64,000 nucleotides of DNA from NCBI RefSeq assembly GCF_963921235.1, contig NC_086097.1, positions 215,328,001 to 215,392,000 of the forward strand, given 5' to 3'. Position 1 is the first letter of the stretch; each line of letters opens with the position of its first letter. This DNA comes from Mobula hypostoma. Its lineage: Eukaryota. The notes under the pieces were generated by a model, which searched no databases, was not told the DNA's origin, and saw only the letters and a program-made list of their open reading frames with translations. Below, one piece after another: positions 25,855 through 39,021 of this stretch. A program made the position numbers and the translations under genes.

Positions 25855-26319
25855 CTTCTTCTTCTTCTTCTTGCGCCCTTAACTCCTGGTGGGGTCGTCG
25901 GGGCGCCGTTACGACAAGCTTTGCACCAGTTTGGTATGCTCATCATGCGGCGTGTCTTGGGCATCTGAAACCTGGCAGAGCCCATCCCTCTCCAGGTTTG
26001 ACCACAGCCGATTTCCTCCAACTAGGTTGCTCACCTTGGTTGTGAACACAAGGCCGTTATAGTTCATCTGAGAACCTTTCCAGCCCAGCCGGTGACTTCA
26101 TCATGGAAGTCTTTCGCCCAGTGGTGCCGTGTTAACACCACCCCCTCACATGGTTTAGCTCACCAGCTGAAGCGGTTTACCGGGGTATGGCGCTTGGAGC
26201 CAACACATGAGAGATTTAGGAGATGGATGAGGACCAGTGATGCCCGTCCACCCTGTCTGGTAGGGAGCAGCATGACAGACATCAAAGGTACTACCTCTAC
26301 CCAGAGTCCCCTATACCAC
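25855..26319 (-). mobile_element. 465-bp non-autonomous retroelement (RTE-like) with (AAG)n tail and 11-bp TSD
   Basis: GCTCCTTAATT at both 25844-25854 and 26320-26330; (CTT)n at 25855-25872 on plus; no coding motif and no tRNA head. Confidence 0.9.
26145..26319 (-). ncRNA. HDV-like self-cleaving ribozyme fold at the element 5' end
   Basis: Minus strand: P1 GUGGUAU/AUACCCC, P2 CUCAUGUGUU/ACCAUGUGAG, P3 GGC/GCC, L3 UCCAAGC, P1.1 CC/GG, P4 hairpin and J4/2 CUAA, all in canonical order. Confidence 0.8.
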
Positions 26320-26689
26320 GCTCCTTAATTATGGAAGATTTTAATATACTGGAAGCAGTTTAAAGAAGATTACCTTAAAATGGCACCTAAAGAGGAAAGG
26401 TTGGATTGGCCTGGCTCAAAAGAGTGAGAGAAGATTTCACTGAAACATTTAAGATCCTAAGGAGTTTTGGCAGGATAAACTTTGGAGGATATTTCCTCTG
26501 TTGGAAAATCTATAGCTAGGAATCATTATTCATGTATCAGAGTTGTTCATTCAAGGGATGAGGTTTATTTTCTTTCAGAGGGTTGTCTTTGCAACCCTCT
26601 TCCTCAAAGGAGATGGAAGCATATTGAGCAGGTTGAAAGAAAATTGCGGTGATAGGAAAAGTAAAACCATAAAAGATAAAGATTAGAGG

Positions 26690-27010
26690 TTAAAGTTTAG
26701 CTTTATTTGTCACATGTGCATAGAAACAATGAAACGTACATTGAAATGTGTTGTTTGCATCCGATCGAACGAGTGAGGATTGTGCTGGGAATCTTGCAAG
26801 TATCATCACACTTCCAGTGCTGTCATAGCATGCCCACAGCTCACTGCCCTCACATGTAGGTCATTGGAATGTGGGAGGAAATTGGAGCACTGGGAGGAAA
26901 CAACATAGTCACAGAGAAAATATACAACCTCCTTACAGGCAGCAATGAGAAATGGACCCCAACTGCAGGAACTCTAAAGTGATGCACTGATCGCTGCACT
27001 ACCATGCCAC
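26690..27010 (-). mobile_element. V-SINE (HE1-like)
   Basis: Reverse complement has a tRNA-like head and the V-domain motif GTTTCCTCCCAGTGCTCCAATTTCCTCCCACATTCC; AATAAAGCTAA tail. Confidence 0.8.
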
Positions 27011-27249
27011 AGTATGGGTTACACCATAAGGTTTCAGAATAAGGATGAGAGTGTTAAAGTTGAGAGACTGTTTAACCCGTGTAGGTCAGTTGCTATAGTT
27101 GTAATGGATAGCCATGATCAGGATATTCCTGATGACCATGGATTGATTTATGGAGAGCGAAGCAAGAAAAAAGTGAACTGCTTCAGTAACAATGATAGTT
27201 TTACATGTGATTGCTGCATCATCAAGGAATGATATGCTAGGTAATATTT

Positions 27250-28490
27250 AGACCATAAGATATAGGAGCAGAATTAGGCCATTTGGCCCATCGAGTCTGC
27301 TCTACCATTTCATCACGACTGATCCATTTCCCTCTCAGCCCCAGTCTCCTGCCTTCTCTCCATACCCCTTTGTGCCCTGACTAATCAAGCATCTATCAAC
27401 CTCTGCCTTAAATATATAATGACTTGGACCCCACAACTGCCTGTGGCAACAAATTCCACAGATTCACTATTCTCTGGATAAAAAAATTCAATAGTTCCAT
27501 CATTTCATTTAATATCAGAGAAATGTATACAATATACATCCTGAAATTCTTGTTTTTCACAGCCATCCATGAAAACAGAAGAGTTCCCAAAGAATAAAGG
27601 GAGTGTCAGAACCCCAAAGCCAAACTACTCCCCCTCCCATGCACAAGCAGCAGCAAAGCAATGATCCTTGACCTCCCCATTTACTTCTGCAAAAAAAAAT
27701 CAGCCCTCTCCACCCACCAAGCAAGCAATAGCAAAGCTCCCAAGAAAGACCATGATCTACAGTACAACAAAACTTAATTGTTCACCCAACAATTCGACAC
27801 ACCACAGGCTATCTCTCTCTTACTAATAACGGGGAAAAGAGATGTCCTCTTTCACAGCGAGAGGAGAGAGCCTCATAACAAAACACCTCACTGATTTAAT
27901 GTGTTTAAATTCCAATACGCTGTTTTTTTTCCTGAATTCTCTGACACTAGAATCGGCAACAAAATGAGAGAGAGATTCGCCAAGTACAGAGCCTCTGACA
28001 GTTGATCTGCCGCTTCCAATGTTCCATTTTCCTCCTGCAATGCTTTAGTTGACTTAAGTTGGGATGTCAAAATGGGGCCGGGACTGGATCCCACCAGCGC
28101 AAAGAGCTGAAGTCTCCAGGTCCTTTGACAGAACCCTATCTACCCGAAAAGGAAAAAAAGGGAGACATCAAAGGTAGAAATTAAGCTGTTTTCGCAGATG
28201 AACTCAAAGGAGTCGCCATTGGGTGCCATCGTAACTCCAGCTCCACCCATTTCTACTCTGTCAAAACCTAATTCCTCCTCATTTCCATTCTAAATTCTGA
28301 GGCTATGTCTTCTGGTCTTAGAAGACTTCCCCACCATAGGAAACATCCTCTCTATCAAGGCCTTTCAAGGTTTGATACATTTCAATGAGATCCCCCCTCA
28401 TTCTTCTGAATTCCAGTGACTACAAACCCAGAGCCATCACACACTTCTCATATGATTAGCTTTCCCATCCTGGAATCATTTCCATGAACA
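27250..28490 (-). mobile_element. CR1 3' end split by the insertion at 27490-28247
   Basis: GACCATAAGATATAGGAGCAGAATTAGGCC tail as at 2150 and 49260; the CR1 sequence resumes at about 28270. Confidence 0.9.
27490..28247 (-). mobile_element. ~760-bp non-coding interspersed element (copy 2, related to 5652-6452)
   Basis: Shared 5' and 3' ends with 5652-6452; cleanly interrupts a CR1, which shows it was mobile. Confidence 0.8.
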
Positions 28491-29309
28491 CAGCATTATT
28501 CTGATTATTTTTCAGCCATGGATTGGAGACGTATACCTTATGAAATCTAGTGTCAATACACTAAACAGATTAAAATCCCAATTAGCTAAAATATTCTTTG
28601 ATTTGCTGGTTTGATTTCTTGAACATAATCTACTAAAGAGATTTTGGAGGTAATTTCTGAAAATAGAAGTGGAAACTTTTCAATGTAAAAATTATGTTCA
28701 GCATTCAAAGAGTTAAGGTTCTGAACAATTTTAACAATGATTTCTAGAATATATAGAGCGGTCAGTTCCCTCTAGCCTTCTGGGCGTCAAAGTTCATCCA
28801 TATCAATGAAATGAATTAACAATCATCCAATGCTGTGTCTGTACAGTCAAAGACCCTAAGCCAGTCTAATTCTAACAATGCTTAATTTTAACTATATAAA
28901 TCGAAACTTAAGGCAAACCTATATTTAACAAATAATTTGATTTAAAAATGTGTAAGTGTTATAGTTTCGCAAAATTATTTTATTTTTTATTCATATTAGT
29001 CTTTTTGTAACTGTAATTAGTGTTAATATTATTGAATTAATACTAGTTGATCATTGCAGACAGGCAGGAAACAGGGTCATTTGACTTGAACCTTTAACTC
29101 AACACCAGGAGACTGACTGAAGCTATAACTGGAAACAAAGCAGAAATATAAGAAAATACAAATGTTAGGAATCTGTACATAAAACAGAAACGATTGGAAG
29201 TGCTAATCTATCAGCGCCTTCAAAGTAAAAAGAAACTGTTCTTTTGGATTTGCAATCCTTCATGAACTGGAAGTGATTGTTCAACTTATGTCCAACAAGA
29301 TACCTCTAC

Positions 29310-29480
29310 AGATTCAGATTTGCTTTTCACCTGTACATTGAAAAAGACAGTGAAACGTGTTGTTGGTGTTAACAATAGACCCAAAGCTGTGCTGGAGGCA
29401 GCTTGTGAATGGCGCCTCACATTGCGACATCAACATAGCATGCTCACAATGTTCAATACAACAACAGCAACACAACACAC
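29310..29480 (-). mobile_element. SINE 3' fragment related to 26690-26850
   Basis: Shares GTGCTGG...CATAGCATGC(C/T)CACA with the V-SINE tail. Confidence 0.55.
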
Positions 29481-29789
29481 AACTAACTTGGGATGAGAAC
29501 AGAGTTCAGACATCTTACAAAAGTAGTTGTCAAGTTTGCTGAACTATTGCCTTACAGTACCATAACACTATCCTATAAATTTATCAGATTTTTCAAAAGT
29601 AAGAAAAATACATTTAGGTCTTACAGTGTCCTGTTTCATTGTACTATGGATTTCACAGTTGCTAGCATCTTTACATCTTTGATTTCAACATGTGGATTTT
29701 GAGAACATTATTTTAATTTAATATAATACAGTATAATATCAGGGCAATTAATAACCACTGTAAATTGTAATTAAATGAAAATCAAGAAT

Positions 29790-29960
29790 TTCTCTTTGTC
29801 CTCTTTGTTCTCTTTCCCATTGTCCTCTTCCATATTCTCTGCTACCTAGTCTAACTTGTTGTCCTTCTTCTCAGTTCTGATGAAGTGCCCCGACTTAAAA
29901 GGTTAACTGTTTCTTTTTCCACTGACCTGTTGAGATTTTCCAGCATTTTCTGTTTTTATA
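29790..29960 (+). mobile_element. Penelope-like terminal fragment with degenerate hammerhead motif
   Basis: CAGTT-CTGATGA-AGTGCCCCGACTT-AAAAG-GTT-AACTG...TGACCTGTTGAGATTTTCCAGCATTTT. Confidence 0.65.
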
Positions 29961-32242
29961 ATTAAATGACTTGAGTTTTCAGTCAAAAATAATTCAGTTA
30001 ATAATTTTCTAATTCTATAGAAGTTAAAGGTGTATGAAAAAGTCAGTAATATTAAAATAATTATGTATTGAAAAGAGGTATACAGTATTCACAGACTTTT
30101 TAACCGAACAAAAAGTGAAGGATTGTTAGCTGCACAGAAAATCATTACACATACCTCCATTTTTCAGTGCAATTCGCAGCAGTTTATTTGCTAATATAAA
30201 TTTGAAAAGTGCATCACTTATTATCACATCAGTACAAACAGACACCCTATTTTATATCTGGTATTGTCCCTTTCATGCAAAAGCTTCCTTGTCTGGAGAA
30301 GTAAGTGAATTTTCAGTATTGGGGGAGTACTTCCCATTGATAATGCATGGATTAAGATCATTTCTAATTAAAATTTGATGAGACCTGGAACATATTATCT
30401 GCATTGCCTGGAATCACAAGTTTCCTGAATGCTGAAACTGTTCCTATTGATGGTTGATCTGAATGCCCCTCAGTGCAGCTCTCATGTCCCCTGAAGCTAC
30501 TGAAACACCAGATTGTTGCTATAAATGGGGTAAAAAGTGATGTAGTTTCCTCTGACTTCCTCCACTCAACCTAATGGAGATTAAGAGCCATTAAGGGCTC
30601 TTTGCTGCATGTGCAGTTTATATTGATCAGATTGACTCACTCGTTTTAGCCAATGATCCGATTACAAGTGTGGTCACCTTTCTGTGATTACTGGCAATGA
30701 CATGCCTATGTAGGCACATTAAAAGCAAGTAGAAGATACTTAGAGGATTTAAAAAAAATACAGAAGCTGCTATGTGTAGGAAATGTTGCTTTGAAGCTTG
30801 AAGCAACCCTCACTTTGTAATAACAGTGTAGTATTTTGGGATGCTGAGCCACACTGGCAACATCAGAACAGATTTATTTTAAATTTCTCTGTCAAAATAC
30901 TTCAAGAGGAATGAAAATGAATTGTGCTGCTGAATTAATGTTTCTGCTTAATTTAATGGACTTCTGATAAGAGAGGAAATCTTCTTTGTTTACTCTAGAT
31001 AATTATCAATGCATAGTGCAGAGAAGCATCATTATAATATTAAAACATATCCTTTAGCGAGTTCTCAAGTGGCTTTTATGAACCTTTTGAAATCATGTCA
31101 ATCGATTCACATGAGAATTCAAGTTAGATTTAGAAATTTGAGTAAGTTCCTGATTAATGGAAAATCTGTGCAACTTTCACTATAATGTCCCTGATCTTTT
31201 CCAGTCCCTCTCTTGGTAAATGCAGGCTCCAGTGTGGCACAGTGGAGAAGGAAGAAAGGGAGGGATGTGTGTGATGAGACATTCTGACTAATATCTGCTG
31301 AGCTGGCTGATTTAAGCCAGAGAGCATTTGGGATGCTTCATTTGGCTCATTCGCCTCTTTGCTTGGGAGGAGCCAAACCAGTTAATGCCTTAATCCGGGT
31401 CACTGTCCTTTGATCCTCTCTGGTATCTGTGCGTCATTCCTTTCTGCATCATTTTAAAGAGCACAACCTCTCCAGTTCCATTCATTCACCTTCAGGGACA
31501 GCCTCGCTGATATTTTTCTATTGCATGTCCCAATGCAACCAGCACACCACAGTAAAGGTCTCGCCTATACCTTGAGACCCAGATTTCTTAATTCACTATT
31601 TCTTACATTCAATTCCACGATAACTTCAGTATTGTAAAACTGACATCAATTCATGTATGAGGACATACTTTCTCCATTTCAAATTGAAGAAAGGCAAAAT
31701 CATCATGTTTTGCCTGTTGCTAAGAGCTCCAAATCCTTGCTCTGCTCCCCTACCCGGCCCAATCACACTTCCACAGACAGCAAAATTTCAGAAGGCTCTT
31801 CAAAACTGAGTTGAGCTTCAAAAAATTTATCCTGGGCATTAACAGGATATCGTGCCTCACAACAGTGTCCTATTCAGTCCCTGGATCAATGAGGCATTAC
31901 TGAAGCCTTTTTCCATGTTGTCTTTATCTTCCTAAGCTTCTAAGGTCTTATTGATGTAAAGAGTATCAACTGAAACTTGATCAGAACTCTTCTACTTGGC
32001 AACGTAAAAACAGGCTGTAAAGGCTTCTGTATGTATGCAAAAGTACATCAAACAAAGGCGAATGCGGATTTCTTACAAACAAAGACAGAAATTTTTAATG
32101 AAAATAAGAAAATATCAAGAAATTTATCAAGTGTTTTGTGTCTACCTTCATGGAACAGAATAAAAAATACTGTTGGAAATACTAGAAAATCAAGGTATTG
32201 ACGAGAATAAAGAAATAAAGGAAATAAAAATATAATAATACA

Positions 32243-32570
32243 TTGAGGCATTGATCGTGTGGATAGTCAGAGGCTTTTTCCCAGGGCTGAAATGGTTGCC
32301 ACAAGAGGACACAGATTTAAGGTGCTGGGGAATAGGTACAGAGGAAATGTCAGAGGTAAGTTTTTTACTCAGAGAGTGGTGAGTGCGTGGAATGGGCTGT
32401 CGGTGGTGGAGGCGGATACGATAGGGTCTTTCAAGAGACTTTTGCATAGGTACATGGAGCTTAGAAAAATAGTGAGCTTTGGGTAAGCCTAGTACTTTCT
32501 AAGGTAGGGACATGTTCGGCACAACTTCATGGGTCGAAGGGCCTGTATTGTGCTGTAGGTTTTCTATGTT
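32243..32570 (+). mobile_element. Young CR1 3' end
   Basis: Nearly identical to 23135-23470 (DSQRLFPRAEMVATRGHRFKV). Confidence 0.95.
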
Positions 32571-32924
32571 TATATGCTGATGAGATTGAAAGTGGGTAAA
32601 TCTCAAGGAAATAATGATCTATGACAAAAACAAATTTAAAGAAATAATGGATGCATTGATTATTATTTTTTAATGTTTTATAGATTTTGGAATGGTCTTT
32701 ACAGATTTGTGATCTCAAATTTTAAGAAGAATTTTGATAATATAATAGAGATTCATCAACAGTGGAATGAGAAGCATATACAGATACAGATTAAGATTTG
32801 GGTAACAGAGAGAAAGCAAAGATTGAGAATAAATGGGTCCTTCTCAAATTGACTAATGGGGCAACAAAGATAATACTGTTGGGTTCATCACTTCACAATC
32901 TATCTCAAATAGCAGCAGAGCGAA

Positions 32925-35872
32925 GGTTGGTAGGTGTGAGGGCAATAAGAAATGTAGGACAATTAAGACTGAAGGGAAGGATAGCAAGGGACAGGCTAGT
33001 AAACATGCTTGATCTGATGGGTTGAAATGTGCTTATTTCAGTGCTAGAAGCATTATGAGTAAGGAGGGTGAACTTAGAGCCTGGATTAGTACATGGAATA
33101 ATGAGGTTCTTATCATTTCCAAGACCTGGTTGTGCAAGGGCCAAGACTCGCAGCTCAACATTCCTCGTTTTGTTGTTTAAGACATAATGGGGGGGGGGGT
33201 GGAGTAAAAGAAGTGGAGGGATTGCCTTACTGATAAGGAAGGATAAACTGGAAGACACATCCACCAAGGCAATTTGGGTGTAACTCCGAAACAGGAAAGA
33301 TGCATTTACATTGATGGGATTATATTAGAAGAGATGGAGGATCAGATGAATAGATATATTATGTTGCCTACTTCGATGTACTTTTGTTAATTTTGGATAA
33401 TAATAATCAAAAGATTTGAAAAGAAAAGAAAAGAAATAGATATATTATGGTTAGGTGGAGAAACAACAGGGTTATCACAGTGGGGCACTATAACTTCTCC
33501 AGTATTGATTTGAAGTTCTTCAGTACAAGCAGTTTAGATGGGGTGGGTTTTCTTCATGCATCCAAAAGGTGTTCTTGAAATACTATGTGAAGAGAACATA
33601 CTGTACCTAGTTGTGTGAAACTAACCTGGTCTGGTGAAAGACCTGATAGTGGGTGAGCATTTTGGGAATTGAGACCATAATTCATTATGCTTTAAAATAG
33701 TTATGAATAAAGAAATGAAGGATTTGTGGGATGGTACTAAATTGGATTACAGCAAACTGCAAAAGAATAATGCAGGAGCTAAGGGGCATTGATTGGGAAC
33801 AGTTGCTTTTGGAAAATCCTCATCTAACATGTCAGAATTGTTCAAAGATCAGTTGAGCAGAGTTCAAGATTGACATTTTCCAGTACGGAGCAAGGACAAA
33901 GATGGTAAGATAAAGGAATCTTGGATGACCCAAGAGGTCCTAAATTTTGCCAAGAAGGGAAAAAGAAGCATACATAATATTCAGGATGCTAAAACCCAAC
34001 TGGGTCCTTGTGGAATATAGAGAGAGCAGGAAAGTAAACAATTAGGAAGGACAAAAAGGACCATGAACTGCCGTTGGTAACTAGAATCAAGCAGAAGCCC
34101 AAGGCATCTTCTTCTCATATTAAGAAAAAGAGGATAACTAAGGAGAGAGTAGAACCACTCGAAGATAAAAGAGGGAATTTGTGCTTGAAATCAGAGAAAG
34201 TGACTGAGGTAGTAAATGAGTATTTCATGTCAGGATTTCCCAAGGAGAAGGATTTGAAGGGTAGTGAAGGCAGAGTAGGGCATACTAATGTGCAGGGACA
34301 TTTTGAGATTAAAGAATAGATAGTTCTGGGTCTTCTGAAAAGCATTAAGGTGGATCAGTCCCCACGGTATGAGGGCATACATCCTAGAATATTGAAAGAA
34401 GCAAGTAAGTGGATTCCCAGGGTTTGACAAAGATCTTTGAGTCCTCATTAGCGACAGATAAGGTCGCAGAAGATCAGCGAATAGCAAACTTTTGCCTTTG
34501 TGCAAGACAGAAAGCAGAGATAGCCTATGAGCCTCATATCGATAGTGAAGCTATTGGAAAGGATACTGAGAGATAGGATTTATGCACATTTGGAAAGGCA
34601 TGCCCTGCTTAGGGCAGTCAGTGTGGCTTTGCACAGGGCAAGTCATGCCTTTCAAACTTGACTGAGTTTTTAGAAGAGGTGACAAAGGTGATTGATGAGG
34701 AAAAGGGCAGTAGATGTTATTGACATGGACTTTAGAAAGACATTTGATATTGTCCTTCATGGTACGTTGATTCAGAAGATAAAGATGATGCATTCCAGTG
34801 TGATTTGCAAGTTTGGATGCAGAAGTGGCTTGCCCATAGGAGGGAGAGTAGGGTGAAAAAACTGCTATTCTGTCTGGAGAACCGTGATCAATGGTGTTCC
34901 ACAAGGATCAGTGCTGGGAACCCTGCTGTTTGTGAAGTGCATTAATAATTTGGATGGAAATTCAGATTGATGGATTAGAAAGTTTGCAGATGACACCAAA
35001 ACTAGTGGAGTTGTGGACAGTGTAAAGGACTATCAAAGAATACAAAGGGGATTAGATTAGATACAGACAAAGCAATGTCAGATAGCATTTAATCCGGAGA
35101 AGTGTGAGGCTTGGTATTTTGGGAGGTCAAATGAAAGGAGAAAGCATACAGTTAATGGCAGTGCCTTTCATAGCATTGAAATGCAGAGGAATCTTGGGGT
35201 CCAGGTCCATAGTTCACTAAAAATAGCTGCACAAGTGGAAAGTGGCAAAGGAAATGACTAGCATGCTTGCCTTCACTAATAGGGGTGTTGAGTATAAGAG
35301 TAAGGAAGTCATGCTGCAGCTATGTAAAATTTTAGTCAGATTATACTTAGAGTATGGGTGAATTTCTGGTTGCCTCATTATATGGAGGACATGGAGACTG
35401 GGGAAAGGGTGCAGAAGAGGTTTACCAGGTTGCTCTCTGGATTAGAGGGTATGAGCTGTCAGGAAAGATTGGACAAACTTCGGTTGTTCTCTCTAGAAAG
35501 CTGGAGGCTGAAGGAAGACCTGATGGAGATTTTTTAAATTATGAAAGGCATAAATAAGGTAGCAGTCAGAAACATTTCCCTAGCATGGAAATGTCAAACA
35601 CCAGAGGAAATGTTTTTAAAGCGAGAAGGAGAAGTTTAAAGGTGACATCAGGGGCAAGATTTTCTGCAGAGAACGGTAGGTGCTTAGAATGGGTTACCAG
35701 AGTTAGTAGTGGAGTTTAAGTGGTGTTTAGATAGATGCATGAATACGAAGGAAATGGAGGGATATAGGCGATATGCAGGAAGAGGACATTTGGTATAACA
35801 GGCATCGAGATTGCGCAGCATTGTGAGCCAAATGCTCTGTCCAGGGTTGTAGTCTTCTAGTTCTATGTTCTA
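32925..35872 (+). mobile_element. Degenerate CR1 ORF2 (endonuclease to 3' tail)
   Basis: GGGIALLIR codons at about 33210, GVPQGSVLG at about 34893, KFADDTK at about 34980; TTCTATGTTCTA tail. Confidence 0.9.
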
Positions 35873-38800
35873 TTTCCAAGTTTGCTGATAATACAAGACT
35901 GTGGATTGTGAGAAGGGAGGAGAATTCATAAAAACTTCAAAAGGATGTAGATGTGGTCGGTGAGTCAGTGAAGCATACCTTGGAAAAATATGAGGTCTTC
36001 CACTCTGGTGTGCAAAACTATAAAGCATTTAAAAATTATGACAGATTGGAAAATGTTGGTGTTTGCAAGGGCTTTGGTGTCCTTCAACACAGGACATTAA
36101 AAGCCTACATGTGTGTGCAGCAAGCAATTACAAAGGCACATGGAGTGCTGGCTTTCATTACTAAGGGTCTTAGAGGAGTAAAGCTGAATAATTACAATGG
36201 TAGTAAAGCTTGTTGAGATTTTTTACACTGGTAAAAAGCACATGAGTACAGACAGTATTTTCTTGTTTTTCAGTGCCTACATTATTGCATTTCTATTGTA
36301 TTAATAAAAGTCTAAAAATACTCATTTAAAGTTATGCCTCAACCATGATTATTGTGTTTGATTTGAACATGGAATTTTTATATAGTTCTGCCACATTGGA
36401 ATTTATGTTTTAAAGGTATTCTATTAGGTATTGGAATTGAAATTCTTTCTGCCATCATTGGATGTAATAAATGGCCTTTTTTTTTCAAAATTGCAACCAA
36501 GATTTTTAAAAACGAAGGAGTTTATTGGAAGGTAACTAAAATATCATATAAACTGTCAATTTAATATGAAGTACTAGTTTTGCTGTTTGTCAAAAATGAT
36601 ACCATGTAGCTGCTGTGCTATCAAGTTTGAATGGAATATCTCTTTAAAGAAACAACCCTATTTGAAACAGCTAATGAAAAGATAAGGTATACAATCTCCA
36701 TTGGCATAGTCATAATCCTTGTGAGCAATAGTTGTCGCTCCCTTTGAAAAATTTAAAATTACTGCATATACCCATGAATAAGCTGTGAATGATGCTTAGT
36801 CTGTTAGCAATTCTATTGAGCTTATCCATGCTGAGTGAATCAATTAGAAAATAGACCCAGATTTTTCATCAGGATTTGGTATTTGTAGAGTTGGAGTGTA
36901 AGTTCATGGATTCTGATATCAATTGCCTGCAGTACTCCTGAAGTAACAGTCTTAAGGCAAACTGAACATTTTAAGGATACATAGACCTGTAAGGCTTTCT
37001 TTCAGAATGCCTTATATCTAATTATGAAATATTAAAATATCATGAGATAAAGCATGGATTTTTACATGGGGGGGTGGGGGTTGAAATCCTAGGGGCTATG
37101 TTAGTCGATTATTTCAGCCTGTCTTCAATGTTGGCATCTGTTTTCTTATTCTCTCAGATAAACCCCCTGTATATTTGTACATCCCGACATGTCAGAATAA
37201 ATATTATACTGCTTCTCAAATAGCCTTTCTAAAAGCACTTCTGCCCTCTCAGCAAGACACATTTATAAAAGGAAAAATAAGGAAGCATTAGTTTTGAAAT
37301 TAAATTTAAAATGGCTACCTTTGCACCAAATATTCATTTTTGTCTGTGGTTCACAAGGTTTTGCACTGACTGTCTTGTAAGGTTAATGACAACCACTCAT
37401 TACCCTGAATGTATATGTAATAATTTGGCCTTGTAGTGACAGTTGTGAAAGGCATCCACTTGTCAACCCCCTATATTTTTCCTAGCAGATGGTCATGGTA
37501 AGCAAGATTTTTCATATGTATTCCAACGTTAGTTATCCAGAACATGTATAAAAGGATAAATGTTTTTCCTGGTAGGGGTGGATTACAAATGGAATACTAA
37601 CAGAATGTCAGAAAATGATGCCAATATAAACCTCAGCCATTTTATGTTGTTACCTCAATAGAGACTATGACTGAAGGCTTAATCTTCACGGAAAAAAACC
37701 AATAATACGCATTGCTTTAGTCTAAAAATAATTCCAAGCTGTGGCAAAGATGACATGGAATCTTTAACTACTTACCTGTATCGAGACAAATTTCATGATT
37801 TCAACTATTTTGCTGTGTACCGAATATGGGCGGCCTCCAAAGCAATTTGAAGGTAATGGAAGTAAAACTGGGCATGTTCCATGGTGAGGGATGATCTACT
37901 CTGCCAGATTACTGGACAGGTCCTGGTGTTGACCAAACAACAAAAAGGTGCTTCTTGCAACCTTGGAGCTGAACATGGATGAGAAGTAGTTATGCAAATT
38001 TACAGTTCTGACCTTAAACACATTATACCCTCGTTCTTACATGATTCCAAAGGAAGGATCTGTAATGGAAAACAGTTGAAAAGTATTTCAACCACAGAAG
38101 CTATAGGAATAGCAGTATCCAGAGCCAATGCAGCTGGTGGGACTAATTTATGTTGGCATGTGCCTCTGGTGGCACAGAAAACTCACACTTCCTGAAGCAG
38201 TTTCTGTACAAACAGCAAGCTAATTTAAAACCATTGCTGTTTTAAGATTCCAGAACTGGAAATTCCTTCAGCACCAGAAAGGCTAATGAATGTAATGCAA
38301 TTAGATATTTCATAGGACTATCAAAAGATTATATTAAACTGCAACTCTAACATATGATCTAACAATAGAATCTTATACATTCAGCTCAATAGACAAGCAG
38401 AACAGTACAACACATTCTCCAGTAGAATGTCCTAAACCCTTGGTATTTTTCAATGAATAATGGATTAACTCCGCGAGGGAAGAGATGAAATGCTTCACTT
38501 CCTAAGTGATATTCTGCTAACTAGAGTACTTAACTGGCAAAATTGCAAGACTGGGGAAGCACTGCAAGAACAAAGCAACACAAAGAAATGGAATCGTAAC
38601 AGTATGAAAAGATCTTTCAGTACATCCAGATTTCGTTAGCTTCTTCAAAGAAACAACTTGCTTGATTCCATTCCCCAGCTCTATCTCTGTATTTCTGTAA
38701 ACTTCTTTTCTTTTGAATATTAATTTAATTATTTTAAAAGCCATAATGTTCCTCAACGTATTTTAGTCTTACAGTACATTCCTGATCATCAGTACTCAAC

Positions 38801-39021
38801 ATGTGAAAAAAGATTTCCCTCACATTACCTTTACATCTTCTATCACCGTAAATTTGGGTTCACAAACACAAATCAACTCTGCAGCCACTCAAAAACCTTC
38901 AACATTATTTCAAATGTGCATTTCCTAGAATTGGATATGATACTCTCTCTGTGGCCAAATTAATTTTTATAAAAATTTTAAATGACCTTAATGCTTTTGT
39001 GCATTATTACTATATACTGTA

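Larger units (their letters stand above)
31985..36200 (+). mobile_element. Very old CR1 remnant hosting two younger CR1 insertions
   Basis: Decayed ORF2 pieces at 31985-32240 and 32575-32910 (ending FTIY), resuming at about 35875 with SKFADNT. Confidence 0.6.
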
